The notes: generated by a model not told the origin, from the letters alone. Positions 46,329 through 59,500 are shown, counted from the first letter of the stretch. The stretch is 64,000 nucleotides of DNA from Guillardia theta CCMP2712 (GCF_000315625.1 NW_005434664.1:526167-590166); one strand, 5' to 3'. A program made the numbers and translations.

Positions 46329-47391
46329 ATGGCCTTCGGCGCTTCAATGACAATGCTGGCACAGATGAGCCCCTGGGTATGCAGCCGCTGACTCGAATAT
46401 GAGCTGATCATCCGACTCTTGTTCTTTATCACTTTATCTTGTTGCTTTTTTGTCGGCTCATGTATCCTCTCTTGTTGTCACCCCTGCAATCCTCTTTTAC
46501 TAATGCTATTGCAATGCTTTTGCACACGTAGCTTGTGTTTCCTTGCTTCTAATGATTGATTTTGGTGAATTGCTTTTCTCTATAGATTCATAATTGCAAT
46601 GCTTTTGATTTGTCTCCACTTATTCAATATGATCGATTTGCTCAAAATGATCTTGAAATGATTTACGTTCTTCCTGAATCAAGCTGGTGTCAGATAGCAT
46701 GTGCGATTACACACTCCATTGGAAGTTGATTCACTCTTGTTTGTGATAATGAACTTTGATTCCGTGTGTGGTGCAGCATTGCCCCTAGATTGCATCTAAT
46801 TCTGTTCCCGTACTTCCTTTCTCGTTTTACAAACTTGCTTAGAAATGTAAAATTTTGATGTCGACTCGATGTATATTGAATTGAATCACTTAATTACCGA
46901 TCTTGAGTTCCTGTTGGTTTTTGAAGGGTGGTGAAAGACTTTTACTCTCATTATCTTCTCATGAGTTCATTTTGATGACTGCTGAGTGATGCTTTGCTAT
47001 ATGAACACTGTCTTCATGCATTGGTCAAATGGGATGTTTGTGCATAGTGACCATTGCGAATGGATAAAAATCCACAAAAGTGATGGGTCAATCGTTACTT
47101 TTCTGATTTAAAGCGACGAAAGCATCTTGTACGTTTGCGGATTATGATAACAAACTTGGTTTTCTTGATTGGCTTTGTCACTCAAAAATTGTGATGCATC
47201 AGTGTGACCCTGTTCTGTGCGTTGATACAGAATCACAAATCGTTTTGATTTTCTATCTTTTTTAAAAGTTACTCTTGAACTCATTTAGTTTTCAGGCTGA
47301 ACACTGGTCCTGGTTCAAGCCAAGGTGTGACTCTATCATGACCGAGCATGGAGAGAAGGATCCTATCCCTGATACCTGTGTACCAATCTAA
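46329..47391 (+). CDS. Putative 47-aa micropeptide gene with one 919-nt intron
   Basis: Exon 1 46329-46376 (MAFGASMTMLAQMSPW, donor GTATGC) + exon 2 47296-47391 (after TTTTCAG; AEHWSWFKPRCDSIMTEHGEKDPIPDTCVPI*). Both exons are GC-richer than the AT-rich intron and join in phase 0. Confidence 0.55.
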
Positions 47392-47732
47392 ATCGTTCAC
47401 AAATCGGCTTTAGTTCTTGGTAGAAATTCCATTTCACTCTTATTCCATCATCTCCTGCATCAGATGCAAGAACTTCACAATAAACAAAATTTCTCCTGAT
47501 CTTGAAATTCCGCGTAGTTTATGGATGTTCCAGCACTGTGACTGTTCACATCGTCCCGCGAGTAGTTGTGACCTTTTACACAAGTAGATAGCAACACAGA
47601 GACCATTCACCAACGATGTGCAAATCGATGCAAGGACTGCACGTGTAAGGTTCAAAACATTTATTTTAACCCAATGTACACCACAAAGGACTAGTGAAAG
47701 AAACTTTGTGATCCCCCGATGTAATCAATAAC

Positions 47733-48312
47733 TTACTCCCAGCCCTCCTCGGACTTGGAGATGACAAAGCTGGCAACATTGGCAATGTCATCATCAGAGA
47801 GACGTCCACCGAAGGCAGGCATGGCGTTCTTTCCGTTAGTGACCTGGGTGATCACAGCCTTCTCGTTGAATCCACCGGTGAGGAACTGTAACACAAGACA
47901 ATCAATTGATCAAAAAAGATGTGTAAACACAACTCTTACCTTCTCAATGGCAGCCTTCTCGAGGGTGTGGTCGGGAACAACAGAGTTCTGGCCGCCAGCG
48001 TGGCAGGCAGCGCAGTTCGCGTTGAAGACCTTCTCGCCAGCATCAACATCGCCAGCGAAAGCAGGACCAGCGGCGAGGATAGCAGCTCCAGCAGCAGCAA
48101 CCTTGGCGACTCCAGTCACCTCCTTGGCCTGCAATGTCGTCACAAACTTTCAAGATACTTCTTACAAGCAACAAAACAACACATATGGGCATTAGGGTTA
48201 TCGGAACAAGCAAGGCGCATCGACTTACAGAGGCACGGAGGGTGAGGGGGCCCGGAGCGGAGAAGGCGGCGGCAGAAGCGATGGCAGCAGCAAAGGCAGC
48301 GGTCCTGAGCAT
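47733..48312 (-). CDS. petJ: Cytochrome c6, nucleus-encoded, signal + transit + thylakoid-lumen presequence
   Basis: [20 protein letters not shown]...[11 protein letters not shown]|[21 protein letters not shown] (CxxCH) ...[28 protein letters not shown]...GWE*; two introns. Confidence 0.95.
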
Positions 48313-49009
48313 GACGAGAGGTACTGGCCTCGGTTCGCGACGAGGCTATAAAGCCCTTACCCTGTCCCCCCCTTACCCCACCTCCCCCAGTCACTGCCAG
48401 GTTTTTACTAGGGTAGGGTCATGTAGGTACAACAGTGTACCTACCGAGGAGCGAGGGGGGAGTGAAGGGTGGGGTGGTACAAGACGTTAATGGTATGAGA
48501 TTGTCAAATAGAATCGGGGCTGGTACTAATAGTGGTACGGATTTATAGAAGGAGATTGTACTGAGATATGACTCTATAATTCTCGAGAATTTATGGTCTC
48601 CTCGCAGAATTTGTACCAAGTTCGTACAATTTGTACCGTTTTTTGAGACCAAAACAAACATAGGTTCATTACCGAGAGACAGAAATTTAAAAAACAGTAG
48701 CTTTCGTCCAAACAGTACTCTTTGAATTGAAAGCAAAATATTTATTCGATACTAATACTGTACCAGCTCACTTTTAATACCACCGCTTTGACTCGTACGA
48801 AGTCAGAAACTTGAAATAAATCCCTGACCTACCCCAATTGAATTTGTGAAGTTTACTTCGAATGATATCATTAATATTCCAAATCAGTTAAAGCATTTAG
48901 GACTCACACAGCCAAAGAATTTCAATTGAATCTTACACCACCACCCCACCATACCTCATCCCATATTGACCGGGGTTTTATCATGGGTGGGTGGGTGAGT
49001 CAAAGAGGT

Positions 49010-49860
49010 GACTCAGGCCGCTGAGGCCTTTGAATGGCGGAGCCTCGAGCGGCGGCTCGGCCCCCGGACTCAGGCCAGCCTCGGAGCCTCGCGGCTCATC
49101 TGACAGTGAGCGGCCGCCCGGACCGAGTCCGGCCCGAGGTCACCCCGAGTCAAGTTTCGAGTGTGGCAATGTACGGAGTACCCTTTACTCAAAGTTAAGT
49201 TAAAAATCAGTACGAGGACAATCAGGCCCCGGTACGGTACGGTACGGTACTGGCGGCCCAGGCGGCCCTACCGCCGTAGTACGGCGTCACCGGGCCGCCG
49301 GGCCTGCCAGAACTCGGAAAGCCGGCGGTTGGGGGGCCACTGAGCCTCCCGGAGGCACTGCACAGCGGCCTGGCCGCACTGCTACTATCGGATGATCACG
49401 GTAGTTAGTACCGTAGTCACTGGCCTCCCGGGCTGCCAGTGAGGGCCAGTGAGTCAGTCCGGCGGTGTGGCAACCCCGGCTTCAAGTTGCCAGCCGCTAA
49501 GTTGAAGTGACGCGGCGGTGGCCCGCTCGGCCGGGCGGCCGCGGCGACGGCCCGGTCACCCGGGCCGCGGCGCGGCTATGATGCTGAGATTGACTCCGGG
49601 TGACCGGCCCGGCCGGGCCGCCGCCCGGCCGGGACTCGCGGCCCCGGCAATGATGCCATGACTCTGTGATGCCGGGGCCGCCGCGGCCCGGTGCCCGGCC
49701 GCGGTCACGGTGCCAGTGGAGCCGGGAGGGAAGGCCCCGGGCCTCCGAGCCTCGTCACTGAGTCAGGAGTGGATGCTTGGAGGACTCCGGGATGTACGGT
49801 TCGATGGGATCTCTTAAGTCTTTTCGGGGCAGGCTCGGGGCGCAGTCCAGGCGCCAGCAT
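49010..49860. other. GC-rich non-coding mosaic of short palindromic words (CCGG, GGCC, GCGGC, TGACTC/GAGTCA, CAGTG, GTAC)
   Basis: No convincing ORF. Visibly built of recurrent 4-7-nt words; a similar patch lies at ~46030-46260. Confidence 0.6.
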
Positions 49861-51160
49861 ACCGTCAAGGGTTAAATATTCATGATGGGCAATGGGAAAT
49901 TTCAAATTTATCTCTGAATATTTCAATTTTTTTTTCAAATTGTGTTATACATCCCTTCCATTTTCAGTTCTTGTTGAATTTGTTATGTGCTGGTGTCCCA
50001 TGCTTGGAAAAAAAAGTGAAGCCAAGTACACAACGAGGCATGAAAATTTATATCAAAATTTCAACTTCCACTGACGAGCAACGATTGCTTCCAAACAAAT
50101 TTCAATTTTGTTTGCGTCCCGTTCCATACCCCGTTTGGTGAGGGCATTTCAACCTGATCATGTGCTATGCCCCTTCAATATGCGAATGTCTTTCTTAATG
50201 GAGCGCATAAGATAAATTGAAGCACGTCCTCTCTTCGGCATCTGGGACCACCCCTTCGGCCTACCGACCTTTATAAAACATTATTGAATAAAAAGACCGA
50301 AATTGTAGTTTGTCGAGTTGCAGTAGGGCCCTAGGGGGTGGGTATTTCAGGGGGGTAGGGGTGGGAAAACTCAGGGTCTTTGACAGTATTCCATGGGGGT
50401 TTATGAGAGCAACAAATGCTTTGGAAGGGTGGGTGGGGAGGGGGTAGACACTCTTGGAAGGTTCATCAGGAAGGAGGGTGGGGGTACTGCTTGCCTTGCA
50501 ACAGGTCACAGGGCCACTGATTGGTAGCATTGTGGAGGTAGGGGTAGGGAGGTTGGGGAGGGGTGGTGGTTATTTCATAGGGGTGTCAAGCTCATGGATA
50601 GCGTGGGTCTAGGGAGGGTGGGGGTGCAAGACCACCTAATGGGCGCGACAATCATAAGGGTGGAGGGTGGGGTACATGGGTCCCTTCCCGCCACATCATG
50701 CTGTGTGGGGAGGCAGCGTGGGCAAGAGTGCAGAGGGGCAAGAGCGAGGCAGGAGTCTGGGACATTGAGGTGGAATGCAGAGAGAGTTAGAGATGGAAGA
50801 AGATAAAGATGGTTGTTGATGGAGTTGAAACTGAGAAGAGTCTTTGATAACAGAGGAAAGGCGATGACAATTAGGATACGAAGGCGCTAAGGGCTCGGGT
50901 CTGGCAGGCCATGAATGTATACATGATACGTTGGTTAATGGATTATTCCCCCCTGCTGTTTTGTTCCTCTCCCTCTCCTCCAATACTCTTTCATCCTTCT
51001 TCCTGCTTTAAACACCTACTCCGCTGTAATTACGAAAAACGGCTTGTAAAGTGTTTGCAAGGCATTTGATACAAGTGCAGGTGTTGATGCCCTGGTCTGA
51101 AAGCATCATATTTTGACTGGATTCTTCACGTTTTGGATACTACTGGGTTAGCTTCTTGAG

Positions 51161-52531
51161 ATGGCTCGACTGCGTTTGGCCTTGCTTCATGTTTATGTGA
51201 TCGCTTCCCTTTCAATTTTAGCACTTCCAACTTCTGGAAACGACCTAGCGGATCTCTTCGCGAGGTTAACGATTTTGGACGGCCAGGAACAAAATGTTGC
51301 AACATCTGTCAATCCCTTGGCTTTCCATCCTGCCAGACTTTTTAGCGTGAGACAAACGTGTCCGACACCTCAAACTTGCAAGTATCCTTCGTCTATGTTG
51401 AACAAGCTTTCTACCTTTACTGGAGCCAACAAGGCAGGGACAAGCATTGTTATTGACAAGAAACCCGTCGACACCAAGACACCAACATTATTCGATTCTT
51501 TGGTGATGCGTGGATTCCGTCGGGTGGATGCGGAATTGGAACCGCAGCCCCCTACAAACACAAATAAGGTAAGCTGTAGTGTGCCTGCAGCATAGAAAGC
51601 AGACCTGAGCATCAAACCTTATAGGTTCTAGTGTTGAATGCTTCGTTTGAGCCCTTGTCGATCGTCTCGGCCACACGGTAAAGCCTGTCAGCACAGTAAA
51701 ATCGTTCGATTGACCAATATTGTTGCAGAGCTCTGAGCTTGCTCTGGGAGGGCAAGGCGTCCATGGTTGTAGACAAAGGGAAAACGTGGAAATCTTGTGG
51801 GGGACAGCATGTTCATATTCCGTCTGTTGTGTCCTTGAGAAGATATGTCAAGGTTGTTGCCTCGCTTCATCATTCTGTGTGACAGGTCAACAGGTCCATC
51901 CAAAGATGCCCCCCTTGAATCGCAGGACTGTGCTCCTGCGCGATGAGGGGAAGTGCCAGTATGTTTCATGCAAGCGAGGGGGGATGCCACGCTCACTATG
52001 AACAGATACTGCGGTGACTTTGCCGAGAGCATCGATCATATCATACCTCGTGCGAAGTGAGTTCTTGAAGCTCTTTGCTTGTACACCCTCACATTTGATA
52101 TAGGGGGGGAGGAACCACGTGGGAGAATGTGGTTGCCGCATGTAAGGCTTGCAATGGAAGAAAAGCTGCCTTCTACCTCAAGGACACGAACCTCAAGCTC
52201 AAGAAGCAGCCTGGCCCTCCAACGTCAGTCTGTTGGGTCCATGCTGCTGTATGGAAGGTTCGGTGTCAATCATGAACTAATCGAGACCTTGATGGAATGA
52301 GCAGGTGGACCCACGATGGAAACCATACATTGGCGGGCTTACGTGGAACGAGCTGGAGTCAAGACTAAGCAAGAAGCAGACGCCTGCCAAGAAAGGCAAA
52401 TCGAAGGCGAAGCGCGGCAAGGTGAAGGGAATCTCATACATCTCTTCAACTCACATGACTTTCAGAGCAAAGGAAAGGTCTCGCCTTCGAGTGATGATGC
52501 AAAGAGCGTTATTGCTGCTTATTCGGGTTGA
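51161..52531 (+). CDS. HNH endonuclease (McrA/COG1403-like) with N-terminal signal peptide
   Basis: Spliced: VLVLNASFEPLSIVSATR|ALSLLWEGKA...PSVVSLRRYVK|...LNRRTVLLRDEGKCQ|YCGDFAESIDHIIPRAK|GGGTTWENVVAACKACNGRK...VDPRWKPYI. N-terminus MARLRLALLHVYVIASLSILALP. Confidence 0.88.
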
Positions 52532-52760
52532 GCATACGCCCACAACGTGGATTGAGCGCAAACAATTTTGATTCCCTAGTACTTGTTTTGATGGGAACTA
52601 TTTTGGCAAAGATCGAATCACCTCAATCGACGAGAGAGGCGTGAGACATACTCTTAATCTTCTAATCTATATAGGAAAGACTACAAGGTTTCTCACGGCT
52701 TGATCATCGTTCCACTCTCGTAGAACTTTGTGACTAATCTGCATGCTCTTCTCGCTTGCT

Positions 52761-55700
52761 TCAAACCTTGGCAAGCTCGATACCTCGCAAGAAGGAGAAC
52801 TTGTTGTCCTGTTTCACCGTTATGTCTCTCACCTCCCACCGTAATGCAGGTACCCTCATCTCCTCGAACTTGGCGATCTTGTCTGCCTTCTGGAGGGTCA
52901 GGCCGATGTCGTCGAGGCCCTCGACAAGGCAGTGCTTGCGGAACGAGTCCACCTCAAAGCTGATGCTCTCCCCATTGGCTCGCACGATCTTCTGGTTGGG
53001 CAGGTCGACCTCAAGTTCCTTCGCCTCTTCCGCATCCTTCATGAGCACTCGGACCTTGTCCAACGTCATCAAGGGGCCGTGGGAGGGAAACGTCCCAAGC
53101 TACCTGAGCCTCGGGGAGGACGATCGGAAGCATACCATTCTTGAAGCAATTGTTAAAGAAGATGTCCGCAAAGCTATGTTGTCTAGTCAGAACAGCCACA
53201 GCACGTCTCCAATTAATGTCGTGAGGCTTACCCGCTTGCGATGATGCAGCGAATGCCGAAGTCAGAGATGGCCCAAGGAGCATGCTCACGAGAGGATCCG
53301 CATCCAAAGTTGTTGCCGGCAACGAGGATCTTGGCCTGCTTGTAGGGAGCCTGCTTCCAACTCAGACGGGACCAATACATGCCATGCCGTCAACCTTGTT
53401 CAGCACGAACTCTGGATTCTCCTTCCCATTTGCATCGTATCTCATCTCGTAGAAAGCGCTCACGCCAAGCCCCTGCCATACGGTTTCCCATCAGAATCTT
53501 CTTGTACATGCGGCCATCAGGTTTGACGAGACATGCACAAATCAAACTAACGAGGCCAAACATCACATTCTTTGCCGGCTATTTAACCGCGAAATCGACA
53601 GAAGCTCGACATCGCAGCAGATTCTCGGCATTGTGAGGTGAAAACAAAAAGGAGTCTGGTGGGCTTCGAGCTAAATAGGTGAAACGACAAGCTAACGGCA
53701 GACAGCAGGCAAGGGAGAAAGGAAACAACACTTAGAAACCAACCGTCCTCTTAATTGTCTTCAGGAACTGCTTGGGGATGATCATGTCTGTGTCGACGTT
53801 CTGGATATCCATCGGAGCTGCAGTACCCTGTGTTCATGTCACAATGCCTGCTGGGCTGGCAGCTTGCTCACGCTCCTTGAGGTTGACAAATTTGGGCATC
53901 CCGCCTGTCTTTGAGGATCCAGGAGAGGTGAAAGTCGCGCCAGCAGCTGGTCGTGCGACGGGCGCGTACTTGAGGTGAACTGGTGAGGGAGACCTAGGAG
54001 CAGGGCGAGTCACCTCGCTCTTGGGAAGTGTCTCCTCCGACGGTGTGGGGATCTTGAGGTCTCCAAACTTTCGGATGTCTGTGAGCTTGCCCTACTAGAA
54101 GTGACTTGACGGCACCGCATTGACGTCACCAACCTCGATCGCAGCAGCAGCAGCCATGACGGGAGAAACGAGATGAGTTCGGCCTCCTTGCCCTTGACGT
54201 CCCTCGAAGTTTCTGTTCGAAGTGGAAGCACACCTGTCAAGCCATGAGCACGAGCATCGCTGTCACATGCCCCATCAACCTCTCGCCAGGTTGAAGCTTG
54301 TCAGGGTTCATGGCAAGGCACATGCTGCAGCCGGGCTCTCTCCAATCGAAGCCTGAAACAAGTTTGACTTGTGGGGCATCTGCGTCAGATCGACTCACCA
54401 GCCTCGATCAAGATCTTGTCAAGTCCTTCACGAATAGCCTGCTCCTTAACAAGACCAGAACCAGGCACAACCATAGCATGCACGCCAGGCGCCACCTTTC
54501 GTCCCTTCGCAACAGCTGCGACCTCACGAATGTCCTGGATCCTTCCGTTTGTACAAGAGCCGATGAAAACTTTCTCAATCTTAACTTCGTCGAGCTTCTG
54601 GTTGGGCTCGAGCCCCATGTACTTAAGTGCACGTTCCATGCTCGCCCTTCTCAACGGATCCGATTCCTTGGCAGGATCAGGAACATAACCAGTGATGGGC
54701 GCTGTGTCTTGAGGAGAGGTGCCCCAAGTCACAGTGGGCTGGATGTCTTTGGCATCGATCACTACTTCTGTGTCGTACTTGGCGCCAGAATCCGACTTGA
54801 GCGTCTTCCAGTAAGCCACGGCCTTGTCCCACTCAGCTCCCTTGGGAGCCAGCGGCCTTCCCTTGAGGTACTCGAACGTTGTCTCGTCCGGCGCAATCAT
54901 ACCCGCACGTGCTCCTGCTTCGATGGCCATGTTGCAGATGGACATCCTGGCCTCCATAGACAACTTCTCGATGGCTGAGCCACAGAATTCGATGACATGG
55001 CCGGTGCCACCTGCAGTGCCGATGACGCCGATGACATGGAGGATGATGTCCTTGGACGACACCCCTGCTCCAAGCTCCCCCTTCACCTCGATCTTCATGT
55101 TCTTCGGTCTCTTCTGCGGCAGGGTCTGCGTTGCGAGCACATGCTCCACCTCGGAAGTGCCGATACCAAACGCAAGAGCTCCGAACGCTCCGTGCGTGGC
55201 CGTGTGGCTGTCGCCACAGACAACAGTGCTTCCAGGAAGCGTGAAGCCCTGCTCGGGCCCGATGATATGCACGATGCCTTGCCGCTTGTCATCCATGCCG
55301 AAGTATGCTAGCCCGAACTCCTTGACGTTCTGCTCGAGCGCGAGGACCTGAGTGCGGCTGTCCATCTCCTTGATGAAGGTCTCCACGGACTGGAACATGC
55401 TGCGATCTGTTGTCGGCACGTTGTGATCGACCGTGGCGAGGGTGCAACCTGGTTGTCTGACCTGCCTGCCTGCCACTCGCAGACCCTCGAAGGCCTGAGG
55501 GGAAGTCACCTCATGAACCAGGTGACGATCGATGTAGATAAGGGAGGAGCCATCAGACTCATCCACCAGATGGTCTGCCCAGATCTTGTCGAACAGCGTG
55601 GATGGTCCCTGGTTCGCCATCGCCACTCGCAAACCTACTGAGCATGCTCTGCTCCTGCCAGACACTGCAAGCCGACCCTTGTTGGAGACGCCAAAGCGAG

Positions 55701-55824
55701 GGCAGGCAGACAGGCGGAGGGAAGGAGCGAGAGCAGAAGGCGCGAGGACCTTCGATGGCGCGAAGGCGGAAGCAGGGGCGGTGATCGCACAGAGCAGAGG
55801 CAGCAGCACCAACGAACGCCACAT
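52761..55824 (-). CDS. LEU1: 3-isopropylmalate dehydratase, fused large + small subunit (LeuC-LeuD), plastid-targeted
   Basis: ASAFAP presequence; [58 protein letters not shown]. The LeuD part follows: [19 protein letters not shown]|[48 protein letters not shown]. Confidence 0.95.
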
Positions 55825-56540
55825 GGCGGCGGCTGTCCAATCCTCAACAAAGGACGGTGAGTTTGCTGGGGGTCCTAAGTTTTACTACGAAGCAGCAAAT
55901 TTTTAAACAATCTACACAAGATTTTCGAAAATTTCCATTTGAACATAACTATTTAATACACATAATTTAAAAATTGTAACATTTTCATGAAAAGGTACCC
56001 CTGCCGAAAAAACTTTCTGGCCCCCACTCGAAGCATGCAGGGTCGCATGCTCCCTTTACGGGCCCGCCTTATTAGAGAGTAATCTTTTGTGGGGGTAGGG
56101 GTGGTCTAAAAACCATTCTGTACGGGTAAAATATAGGGTCTTAAAGGGGGTAAAAAACATGTTGATTGGAGCAAGGGGGTCCAGGGTAGCAGCGAGGCAC
56201 AACACAGATTGGGTAAGTGAGGGGATGTGGCTTCTGCTTTCAGTTTTGTCAGGTCCGCCTCAGGCTTTTGTGCGTTGAAATGGGCAAATGGGCGGCATGA
56301 AGTGAAGCTGAGGGTGTTAGTCGTGCTGCTGCTGCTGCTGTTCCCTCATCACGCCCTTACGTTTCTTTCTGGTTCTCCTGCTCTTCTTGCTTCCTCCTTT
56401 CGCTTCCCTGTCTCTCTTACCTCGTCGATTCCCGATTCCTTGGCGTTTTACTTGATCCCTTGTTTGATCAGCTTGCTGCCCCGTTGCTGAAACTAACTTG
56501 AAGCTGCCTGCTCCTGCTCGTCAACGATCGCAGCTCTGAA

Positions 56541-59500
56541 ATGTCAGACGACGCTTATCTGGAGGGCATTAAGACTCAGTATGTGTTCCACTGCCATGAC
56601 CGAAGCGGTTCTGCGGAGATACTAGTAGATGTCGGCATCAGTTGGAGCGACTTCTTGTCCGACCTCCGGCAGGAGTTTGGGAGAAATGTCAACTTCACGT
56701 ACCGGAGAGATGAAGAGGAGGTGGAAGTGAAGAATGAGAGAGACTTCGATGAATTCTGTGGATACTGTGATGAAGAGCAGGTATGTTGTGCTGTTTTTTG
56801 CTTGTTTCCTCGTACCTCACAACCGCATATCATGACATCATTCCCTGCTCTAGGTTGCATCAATGGACATCTACATCAAAGACAAGCCCATGTCCGAGCT
56901 CGAAGTCGCTCAACGCAGTTTCTCGTCTCCTCGTGACATCCTGGGCGCTTCTGTGCAGAAAGACAACTTGTACGCTCTCAGGCCCCCCACGCGGCATGTG
57001 CGGCCCAGCACAGCCGGAGCTCGCAGACCCAACGTCAACGGCAAGTCGATAGCAAACCCGAGCAAAAGAGCAGCGTGGGAAAAGCAAGGAGGAGGAGGAG
57101 GAGGAGGAGGAGGAGGAAGTTCTCCAAAACCAAAGCGACAGGCGAGAATAGCAGACGAGCGGCTGGATAAAGAGACACTACAGCACAAGGTGAACGAGCT
57201 GCAGCGACAGATCAATGTGCTGGTGGACGAGAAGACGAGACTGCACGCTGATTACGCGAGGCTGCAGCAAGATTTCAACAAAGTCCTTCGAGAGAACGAG
57301 GAGCTGTTCCGAGCTAAGGCTGGGAGCGCTGCAGTCAAGGGAGGAGCATCTTCACATCTCGTGCACAACATGAAGAAGCGGATCAAGGAGCTGGAAGGTC
57401 TCGTGTCGAGCAAAGAAGAAGAGATGAAGAAGCTCAAGATGGATACGCGAGTAACTCGCCTTACCGAGCTCGAGGTGGAACGCGATGCTTTCCTGCAGGA
57501 AGTCCGTCGGTTGCAGCGAGAAAATCGCAAAGTGACAAGCGACATGCAGAAGATCCAGATGGGTTTCAGCGCGAACAACGAAGAACACACCATGAACTAC
57601 AAGGAGCTCTACCGTATGTACCAGATAGTCGTGAAGGACAACAATGAGATGAAGAAGAGAGCTGAGACCGTGGAGGTACCGATTGTGATGATTGTATCCC
57701 CTCATGCTGATACTTCCCCCCTACTGTACTTCTCTCATGCTGCCTCTGCAGCCTCCGACTCGCCGCTGAACTATGATGCAGGCAAAAAGCAGTGAGCTCA
57801 GGGAAAGCTTTCAGATCGCCCAGCGGGCCAACGAGAAGTTGCGGAAGGAGCTGCATGCAGCAAAGGCGAGTTTGAGGAAGGCAGCGGCAGAAGGAGGCAG
57901 CAGTGAAGGGCTGAGATCGACGGCGCAGCAAAGGAAAGGAAAGGAGGAGGCGCTGGAGAAGAGAGTGAAGGAGCTGCTGGCCAATCAGAAGAGACTTGAT
58001 CTCGCGCTGAATCGAATCAGCAGGGAACGAGACGCGGTGAGATGTCAAAGCTGTCAAGATGCGGAGCAGGAGAGGGAGAGAGTTGAAAGGGGGTAACGAT
58101 AATCCACAGGCGGAGGCTGGGAGGCTTGACAAGGAGGCAGAGGTCAAGAAGTTGACCGAGCAGAAGAAGATGCTGCAGATGGAGCTACACGCGCTTGGAG
58201 CCAACGTTAAGACAGGAAAGAAGGGGGCAGGCGAAAAGGCGGAGATGATGTGCTTCTATTGCGAAGATAGGACATCGAATCATGGTCCTATCCATCGTTT
58301 CTTCTTCATCTTCTCGTCGCTGACTCTCTCGCAGTTCGCGTTCAGTTCGTCAACGCAAGGATCTCATTCGCTGACTTTCAAGACATCTTGCGAAGGCTCT
58401 TCGACCGCCAGGGTCTCGTGACCTTCACCTATGAGGAGGGAGGGGAGGAGCGACGGGTGCGAGACGCGGAGACTTTCAGCCGGTGCAAGGAAGAGGTTGA
58501 GAACAGCTACAGCGGGCAAGGAGACCAGGCAATCGTGATTCACCTGGATGCCCAGCGTTCGCTTGGTCCGAGGGAGAGCGAGGAGCAAGGTGAGGGTGAG
58601 GAAGAGCTGGAGGAGCTGGAGGAGTCTGGTGGCATTCCCGATGGTGGCGGGCAATCAAGGTTGTTGGAGAAAGTTGGAGATGAGGGAGGGAGGAAGAGAA
58701 GTTTCTCCTGTAAGCTCCGATGCCACTACGAGGAAGAGACGATCGATGAGGTGGAGGTTGACGATAACACTCGCTGGATCGACTTCCTCGCGCTCCTCAG
58801 ACACATCCTCAAGGATGATGCGACCTTCACGTACCTCAGGCGAACGAAGGAGGAAGAGAAGGAGGAAGAGAAGGAGGAGATGGTCCAAGTCAACAACGCC
58901 AGGGAGTTCGCTGCCTTCCTCGCGTCACTCCGAGGCTCCGACGCCTCCATGGAAGAAATCTTCCTCGTCCGCCGTGAATCTGCTGCCTTCTTCCCCTCCC
59001 GCAAGGAATCGACGAAGCGAGCAGAGATCAAGCACGGTGTGCAGGATGCGCTCAGGCAACTCTCTTCTGAGGCGACTAGCGACTGGCCAAGAGTGGATGA
59101 CGAGGAGAGAGATAGTCACGTGAGCGAGGAGGAAGAACTGGAGAAAGAGAAGGAGGAGGAGAGGGAGAGGGAGGAGGAGAGAGAGAGGGAGGAGGAGGAG
59201 GAGGGAGAGGGAGGCGAAGGAGAGGGAGGAGGGANNNNNNNNNNNNNNNNNNNNNNNNNNNNNNNNNNNNNNNNNNNNNNNNNNNNNNNNNNNNNNNNNN
59301 NNNNNNNNNNNNNNNNNNNNNNNNNNNNNNNNNNGAGCAAGAAAGGGAGAGGGAGAGGGAGAGGGAAGAGAGGGAGAGGGAGAGGGAGAGGGAGAGGGAG
59401 AGGGAGAGGCAGGTGAGGGAGAGGGAGGAGGAGGACAAGCAGAGGGAGAGGATGCGGAGAGAAGAAGAGGAGGACAAGAAGAAAAGAGGTGAGATCAGGA

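Noticed and set aside
48783-49007. Possible MITE bounded by CTTTGACTC / GAGTCAAAG
   Set aside because: Only a ~9-12-bp inverted match, no clear TSD and a single copy; cannot be supported.
49860-49876. ...CAAGGG-TTAA as a piggyBac right end
   Set aside because: No matching TTAA-CCCTTG left end found in the window.
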